Part shown: positions 57,246 through 62,942 of the stretch, piece after piece | Layout: each line of letters starts with the position of its first letter | Numbering within the stretch: the first letter of the stretch is position 1 | Virus record (IMG/VR): IMGVR_UViG_3300009152_000050 | Location: 1-62,942 of that record | DNA from: a virus | Lineage: Duplodnaviria > Caudoviricetes | Strand: one strand, 5' to 3' | DNA: 62,942 bases | Position numbers and translations under genes: made by a program | Notes under the pieces: model-generated | The model's database searches: none | What the model was told of the DNA's origin: nothing | Seen by the model: the letters and a program-made list of their open reading frames with translations, nothing else

Positions 57246-59312
57246 ATGAATTGTGAAAATTTATTAGAATTTGATGGCCTACAATTTATGCCAGTAAAAA
57301 ACAATAAGCAACCTATTGTAAAAGGGTGGCAAACGTATAATGGCAAACACAATTTAAGTAATTGCGATGCAGTAGGGATTGTATGTGGTTCATTAAGTGG
57401 AGGGTTAGAGGTTATTGACGTAGATAGCAAATATGATTTAGTTGGTAATTTGTTTGAAAACTATAAAAGATTAATTCATTCTACTAACCCAGATTTATTA
57501 GCTAAACTTGTTGTACAGAAAACAAAGGGTGGTGGGTATCATTTAATTTACCGATGTAGTCAAATTTCGGGAAACCTAAAATTAGCAAACAGGCAAACTA
57601 CCGAAGAAGAAAAACAAGATACTTACAACAAAACATATCAAGCTGAAATACTAAATGGCGATGACGCTGCCGCAGTAACAAGGGCTAAGAAAGCGTCTGT
57701 AAACGACAAGGTAAGGGTATTGTTAGAAACAAGGGGGCAGGGAGGATTTATAATGTGCTACCCGTCTAAGGGGTATGAAATAATACATGGTGATTATTAT
57801 TCTATAAGTGAAATTAGTCCTGATGAAAGAGAAACATTACATAGTATAGCAAGGCAGTTTAATACGGTTGTAGATGAAGTAGTAATACCAAAAACTGCAC
57901 AAATTAAAACTAAAGGGGTATCATCATTTGAAGATTATAATAATCGTGGGGATGTGGTTCAATTACTTCAAAACAACGGATGGAAAGTAGTATCTCAAAA
58001 AGGAAGAAAAACTATATTCATAAGACCCGGCCAAACTACTGCGCAAACTTCGGGTAATTACGATCACGATAGAAAATGGTTTAGTGTGTTTACTACAAGC
58101 ACCGAATTTGAACCAGAAAAAGCATATTTACCTTACGCTGTTTTTGCAATTTTAGAATGTAATAAAGATTTTTCAGTAGCAAGTAAAAAATTATACGAAT
58201 TAGGATTTGGCGAAAGGGAAGAATCGGCTATAAAAGAAAAAGCACAAAGTACAAGACAAATATCTTCAAGAGTAAATTCTGATGATGAAGATTATTCATT
58301 TTTAGCAAAACCCGAAGATTACGATGACTACCTACAATCTGTAAGGGATGGAACATTGGTACAAGGATTAACAACAGGCATACCTTCTCTTGATAATTAT
58401 TTTGTATTTAAAGAGGGTAATATGGTTATGACTAATGGTCATGATAACGCAGGTAAGAGTGTAGTGGTGTGGTACTTAGCTTTACTTTCTGCAATGTATC
58501 ATAATTGGAATTGGATAATTTTTGCAAGTGAAAATACGATTGGAGGCTTTATGCGAAAGATGATTCAGTTCTATGTAGGTAAGCCATTAAACGGAAAGTT
58601 TGCAATGAGTGATAGTGAATACCATACTGCAAAAAAGTTTATTGAGAGCCACTTTTCATCAATAAAGGCAGAGGAAGATATGTATAACTATAAAGATATT
58701 ATCAATATGGTTAAAAAGGCATCTAAGGTAAAAAAGTATCATTCTGTAATGATAGACCCCTACAATGGTTTAAAGATTGATTTAAGCGGTTTTAGTAAGT
58801 TAAGTACACATGAGTACCATTATGAAGCATTAAGCGATTTAAAGCTATACGGAAAGAAGAATAACATAGGTATTTGGGTAAACCACCATGCGGTAACGGC
58901 TGCATTAAGGCAAAAGGATGGAGAAAAAAAATATCCAGTAGCACCACAAAAAGCAGATACAGAGGGTGGAGGTAAGGTAGGTAATAAAACAGATGACTTT
59001 CTAACTATTCACAGGGTTACGCAGCACCCTACCGAATGGATGGTTACAGAATTACACGTTAGAAAAATAAAAGATACAGATACAGGAGGCAGGGTTACTC
59101 CAATAGATTCACCTGTAAAGTTAGAAATGTATAAAAATGGGTGTGCTTTTTTAGAAAGATTAGAAATGGGTGGAAATCCGATTGACCCAATTCATTCGTG
59201 GCACATGAGTAAAGAATTAAAACAGACTGAATTACCGGCAATAAAGGAAGAACCAAGCGTAACTAATTGGATGCCTATGGCTGATGCTAATGGCGAAGCA
59301 ATAAACTTTTAA
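57246..59312 (+). CDS. Primase (Prim-Pol type)-helicase (DnaB/SF4-like) fusion
   Basis: K.P....WQ, VIDVD, TKGGGYH, ETRGQGG; Walker A GHDNAGKS, IDPYN. Confidence 0.88.
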   Translation: MNCENLLEFDGLQFMPVKNNKQPIVKGWQTYNGKHNLSNCDAVGIVCGSLSGGLEVIDVDSKYDLVGNLFENYKRLIHSTNPDLLAKLVVQKTKGGGYHLIYRCSQISGNLKLANRQTTEEEKQDTYNKTYQAEILNGDDAAAVTRAKKASVNDKVRVLLETRGQGGFIMCYPSKGYEIIHGDYYSISEISPDERETLHSIARQFNTVVDEVVIPKTAQIKTKGVSSFEDYNNRGDVVQLLQNNGWKVVSQKGRKTIFIRPGQTTAQTSGNYDHDRKWFSVFTTSTEFEPEKAYLPYAVFAILECNKDFSVASKKLYELGFGEREESAIKEKAQSTRQISSRVNSDDEDYSFLAKPEDYDDYLQSVRDGTLVQGLTTGIPSLDNYFVFKEGNMVMTNGHDNAGKSVVVWYLALLSAMYHNWNWIIFASENTIGGFMRKMIQFYVGKPLNGKFAMSDSEYHTAKKFIESHFSSIKAEEDMYNYKDIINMVKKASKVKKYHSVMIDPYNGLKIDLSGFSKLSTHEYHYEALSDLKLYGKKNNIGIWVNHHAVTAALRQKDGEKKYPVAPQKADTEGGGKVGNKTDDFLTIHRVTQHPTEWMVTELHVRKIKDTDTGGRVTPIDSPVKLEMYKNGCAFLERLEMGGNPIDPIHSWHMSKELKQTELPAIKEEPSVTNWMPMADANGEAINF

Positions 59313-59315
59313 CTT

Positions 59316-59519
59316 ATGGAATGGTTAGCTATAAAACACTATGAGTATGATTTAATCTTTGTTCAAAGTAGAGAAGGTAGGGATATAGTTTTAAATTATT
59401 ATGTAGAAAATGGGATAACTATAAATACAGTAGTTTTAAGAGTTTTTAATAGCGAAGAAGAAGCAACAAAATACTGCAACAATATTAACCAAATAACAAA
59501 CCTAATCAAGAATTTATGA
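59316..59519 (+). CDS. Hypothetical protein
   Basis: Coupled ORF. Confidence 0.6.
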   Translation: MEWLAIKHYEYDLIFVQSREGRDIVLNYYVENGITINTVVLRVFNSEEEATKYCNNINQITNLIKNL

Positions 59520-59872
59520 GTAATCACAAAAACATTACAGAACAAGAAAGCATCCATTGTTTAAACGCATTATTAGTAGGATGTGAGTTTTTAGAACTAT
59601 TGGATAAGGTAAAAGAGTTTACTATTTTTAGGCATGGACTGAAACAAAAAGTAAACAATTTATTACCTGAATTAGAAAAACATTGCGACCAATTAGAACT
59701 AATTACAGGCACAGACGATACTATTATGTTTACCTTAATGGATAGAAAAGAACTTATGAAAAGTATTAGTTGTTTAAGACCTGAATACAAACTAGGTTTG
59801 GCTGAACTACTAAATCAATTTAATAATGCTCCAGAACTTGTATTGCACAGAAACGGAGTTAAAATAGCATAA
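59516..59872 (+). CDS. Hypothetical protein
   Basis: Coupled ORF. Confidence 0.65.
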   Translation: MSNHKNITEQESIHCLNALLVGCEFLELLDKVKEFTIFRHGLKQKVNNLLPELEKHCDQLELITGTDDTIMFTLMDRKELMKSISCLRPEYKLGLAELLNQFNNAPELVLHRNGVKIA

Positions 59873-59875
59873 ATT

Positions 59876-60064
59876 ATGGAAAAGTTATTCCCTGATGATG
59901 GAAAGGTATTAGTAGATACATGGTACAAAGAAAAAATGGAAAATTTAAGATATAAATGGAATCCACCAATTCTATTAAAAAAAATATGGGAAGAAATGGA
60001 TAAAAGTATTGTTAACCCTAAAGGCGAAATAAAAGATAAAAACAATGGAAACACTAACAGATAA
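59876..60064 (+). CDS. Hypothetical protein
   Basis: Coupled ORF. Confidence 0.55.
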   Translation: MEKLFPDDGKVLVDTWYKEKMENLRYKWNPPILLKKIWEEMDKSIVNPKGEIKDKNNGNTNR

Positions 60065-60413
60065 GATAATACTGGATATTAAAAAGAACAGACGTAAGTA
60101 CCATGTAGTACTTCACAATGGAAAAACATACGACTATTGCACTATGGATAAAGAAAGGGAGCAATGTATAAAAGATTTATTTGAATTATTCCATGACCAG
60201 CCAACTATGACTATATTTGAAAATGGTGAAATAGTATTTGAGATAAAAAAGAAACTTACTGTAATGAAAATATTAAATCGTGAAAATAAGGACATATACG
60301 AAACCTTAGAAGAAGCTATGGAGGCAACAGGTAAAACACGAAATATGGTTATATCCCATATACGAAATCATCCTCGTAGTTGGAGTAAATTAGAAAGAAT
60401 TATTTGTGAATAA
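60045..60413 (+). CDS. Hypothetical protein with NUMOD1-like C-terminal HTH
   Basis: IYETLEEAMEATGKTRNMVISHI. Confidence 0.6.
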   Translation: METLTDKIILDIKKNRRKYHVVLHNGKTYDYCTMDKEREQCIKDLFELFHDQPTMTIFENGEIVFEIKKKLTVMKILNRENKDIYETLEEAMEATGKTRNMVISHIRNHPRSWSKLERIICE

Positions 60414-60452
60414 AAGTTATTACCTTAGCACTATGAAAAAATAAAAAATATT

Positions 60453-60770
60453 ATGACAGTAGCACAAATGCGCCAATTATGCAATAAGAAACCTACCGAT
60501 ATGTCATGGAACGATTTTGACAATTTAGAATTAGTAGCACTTACAGATATAGCAATAGAGTTCATAAGTGAATTTAAAGATAAGCATGGAGTAATGAACA
60601 TAGAGTGTGATTGTGGTGAATGTGATGGCAATAAAAAGGTATTTGCACTATTAACAGAAGATGCCTTTGAAGAACTTTACCCACCAGAAGAAATAGACGA
60701 AATAACAGCGCAAGAAGAACTGATTATCTTTGCAACAGAGGATGAAGAACTTAGGCTGAACCTAAATTAA
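60453..60770 (+). CDS. Acidic hypothetical protein
   Basis: ORF before a terminator. Confidence 0.65.
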   Translation: MTVAQMRQLCNKKPTDMSWNDFDNLELVALTDIAIEFISEFKDKHGVMNIECDCGECDGNKKVFALLTEDAFEELYPPEEIDEITAQEELIIFATEDEELRLNLN

Positions 60771-60794
60771 AGTTTTGTTGATTAGTTATAGATT

Positions 60795-60826
60795 ACCCCT
60801 TACCGTTTCTACGGAGAGGGGTTTTT
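60795..60826 (+). terminator. Intrinsic terminator ending the replication operon
   Basis: ACCCCT.CCGT-loop-ACGG.AGGGGT followed by TTTT. Confidence 0.75.
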
Positions 60827-60852
60827 CATTTCACAAGTAGCTTAATGCTAAC

Positions 60853-60880
60853 AAAAAAGCCACCTAATAATAAGGTAGCT
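60853..60880 (-). terminator. Terminator for the right-end early genes
   Basis: Minus strand GCTACCT...AGGTGGC followed by TTTTTT. Confidence 0.6.
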
Positions 60881-60922
60881 AATTTGCCTTTGACAAGTCA
60901 GGAAAGATGTATTGCTTAAAGT

Positions 60923-61123
60923 TTAATTACACTTAGGTTTACAAATTTCTACAAGTTGATTCATTATTTCACTACTTCTACCTCCCCAATACATTTCACA
61001 TTTATTATCTGCATAAGGAGGCTTAATAAACCACGATTGACGTTCTGATACTGGTGCAGTAAATCTATAACAAGTTTCTTTTAATGGGCAATCAATACCC
61101 TTGCATTTACTTATATCTGCCAT
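60923..61123 (-). CDS. Small Cys-rich phage protein
   Basis: DISKC.G..CPLKE.CYRF. Confidence 0.7.
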   Translation of the reverse strand: MADISKCKGIDCPLKETCYRFTAPVSERQSWFIKPPYADNKCEMYWGGRSSEIMNQLVEICKPKCN

Positions 61124-61126
61124 TGT

Positions 61127-61507
61127 TTAAAGTTTAATTTCTAATTCAGTTCCTGTTAATGCGAATATTAAATTTTGAAGTTGGTGGAGATATTTAACTG
61201 TTGTATAAAAGCACGAATTGTACCATTCATTATCATTTATGCGTATGCGACCAACTTTATACAATGGCGATAAATACCCGCCAAAATTATCGTTTGCTTT
61301 CTCAAAACCACACTTTTCTAACAGTTCTGCCGTAAGAGGCATGGTTCTATAATACTTATCGAAATGCTCTTTATTATTCAAGCAGCACTCAATATCTTGC
61401 AAGTCTATTTTATTCTTCACCCAAAAGCCGGGGTCAGATTTTTTCATATTATCTTCAATATAATATTCACAGTAGTTTCCTAATCTTAGTTCATTTGCTG
61501 CTATCAT
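61127..61507 (-). CDS. Conserved Bacteroidota-phage hypothetical protein
   Basis: ELRLGN...PLT.ELL.K.GF...YLHQLQNL.FALTG.EL. Confidence 0.75.
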   Translation of the reverse strand: MIAANELRLGNYCEYYIEDNMKKSDPGFWVKNKIDLQDIECCLNNKEHFDKYYRTMPLTAELLEKCGFEKANDNFGGYLSPLYKVGRIRINDNEWYNSCFYTTVKYLHQLQNLIFALTGTELEIKL

Positions 61508-61509
61508 TG

Positions 61510-61734
61510 TTATTTCTTTTTAAATTGTTCAATCAATTCATTAAAATTATCTTCTCCTGTTAATTGAAAGTTTCTACCTGTTTCAAAAGATAACTTCATA
61601 TCTTCCTCACTATACATTCTACTATTTTGTTCATGTTCACATTCATTCCATACTTTTATTAATGCTTGACAAACGCTTACACTATTTGGAAAGGCTGTTG
61701 TTTCTTGTATTTCTTTAATTCTGTCTGCTGTCAT
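61510..61734 (-). CDS. Hypothetical protein
   Basis: RMYSEED...EQFKKK phage motif. Confidence 0.7.
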   Translation of the reverse strand: MTADRIKEIQETTAFPNSVSVCQALIKVWNECEHEQNSRMYSEEDMKLSFETGRNFQLTGEDNFNELIEQFKKK

Positions 61735-61848
61735 GTTTTTTGTTTTTAAATGTTAATAATTCCAACCCATACCTGTTAACCCTGTTATAGGGCAGCAGTA
61801 CTTTTTAAATGTTGCTTATTACCCACAAAAAGGGGTTATATGTTGAAT

Positions 61849-62325
61849 TTAAGCAACATTATTGGTTATTTTAAGGTTAATGATAGATTCTTTTAACTTA
61901 TCAATTTCAACTTCTTGCGATAATTTAAATAGTCTGGGATGGTGTCCTAATGGGCAACTTCCCCTTTCTAAGTCTAATATTTGTTTATTAATGCTGTTTA
62001 TTTTTATTTCAAGTTGCTCTTTAGTTAATTTTATATTTTCAGGAGGGGTAAATTCGGTAATAGGTGATTCTAAAATGTTTGTAGGTAATTCTATATATTC
62101 TATATTTTTAACTACATCTTTAATTACTTTACCTTTTTCTTTTTTATTAAAAGATGGTAGCTTTTGCCCTTTCCCCTTTGCGATTAACCAAAATTCAGGT
62201 TTCCTACCTTTCGCAACCATTCTGCATAAAGCGGTTCTACAAGCGGTGGAACAAGTAATCTTTGATTCAGTACCCTTAACCTCTTTTCCGCAAACCAAAC
62301 AAATTTTATTAGTCATTCTTGCCAT
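61849..62325 (-). CDS. Zinc-finger early protein
   Basis: CLVCG...CSTACR; ATG downstream of a promoter. Confidence 0.7.
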   Translation of the reverse strand: MARMTNKICLVCGKEVKGTESKITCSTACRTALCRMVAKGRKPEFWLIAKGKGQKLPSFNKKEKGKVIKDVVKNIEYIELPTNILESPITEFTPPENIKLTKEQLEIKINSINKQILDLERGSCPLGHHPRLFKLSQEVEIDKLKESIINLKITNNVA

Positions 62326-62343
62326 TGTAACAGTTTTGAAACA

Positions 62344-62374
62344 CAAATGTAACAAATAAAATCATAAATACAAA
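62344..62374 (-). promoter_or_regulatory. Bacteroidota promoter
   Basis: Minus strand: TTTG, 19-nt spacer, TACATTTG. Confidence 0.7.
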
Positions 62375-62519
62375 AATATTTTCGTGTTTTTTTTTAAAAA
62401 AATAAAAAATAAAATAACCAAAAAATCATTTGGCGCATTTTAAAGCCTATTTAAGCCAAAAAATATAAAAGTAAGGTAATCTATCCAAAAAGATATTTGA
62501 AAGCAATTTTGATATGTTT

Positions 62520-62732
62520 CTATTTGCCACAGCGTACTTTATCTGCTAATTCACCTAACCATTCGTTAAACATCTTATGTAAATTCAATCCGTACCTATC
62601 TCTAACAGCGTCTAAATCTTCTTTTTCACAAGTAGCATTATATGTTGCGGACTGCTTAAATACTCGTGGACGCCCACCCCCAAAGGCTTTTCCGCCATTG
62701 TTTACCCTTCCATCTTTTTTTGTTTCTTTCAT
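62520..62732 (-). CDS. Small DNA-binding-like early protein
   Basis: GGGRPR motif; first gene after the right ITR promoter. Confidence 0.6.
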   Translation of the reverse strand: MKETKKDGRVNNGGKAFGGGRPRVFKQSATYNATCEKEDLDAVRDRYGLNLHKMFNEWLGELADKVRCGK

Positions 62733-62819
62733 CTTTTAAGTTTTAGTTGGTTAAATATTTAATAGATAGTAAAAGTATAATGTATATTCAATAGGCTATT
62801 TAATCCCCCTATTGAAGAC

Positions 62820-62942
62820 CAAAGATACAACACCCTATTTAATTATCCAAATTTATTTTATTAAATAACCATATTTAAGTGTAAAGAGATTGATGAGTGG
62901 TAACTAATAAGGATGAGTGGAGGCCAATTAACGGCCAATTAC
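62820..62942 (-). repeat. Right inverted terminal repeat with inward promoter
   Basis: Exact reverse complement of 1-123. Confidence 0.97.

Noticed and set aside
61500-61515. TAAC at a stop codon on the minus strand as a third cassette site
   Set aside because: No hairpin or complementary partner; just TAA-CA-ATG gene coupling
1-62942. tRNA genes or stop-codon recoding
   Set aside because: No cloverleaf noticed by eye; long genes are intact under the standard code

Overview
This window looks like a complete, linear ~62.9 kb AT-rich dsDNA bacteriophage genome. It is bounded by a perfect 123-bp inverted terminal repeat. Promoters of the TTTG-N19-20-TAnnTTTG type point to a Bacteroidota host. 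Layout: (i) small early genes reading inward from both ends; (ii) an accessory region at 5.1-9.1 kb ending in an IntI-like tyrosine recombinase; (iii) a long minus-strand block with lysis genes, an ECF-like sigma factor, a fibre-like protein, ejection/tail proteins, major capsid, portal, terminase, two homing endonucleases and a nucleotide-sugar/glycosyltransferase cluster; (iv) a replication block with an initiator-like protein and a primase-helicase, but no recognisable DNA polymerase. The standout signal is an apparent phage-borne, non-canonical integron-like cassette system. TAAC...GTTA hairpins alternate with genes whose own ends are complementary. An attI-like non-hairpin site abuts the 5' end of the recombinase, and the cassette ORFs are inverted relative to classical integrons. 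A second, integrase-less copy lies at 54.7-55.8 kb. The cargo is mostly DNA-modification genes. Product calls come from motif recognition only; no database searches were run.
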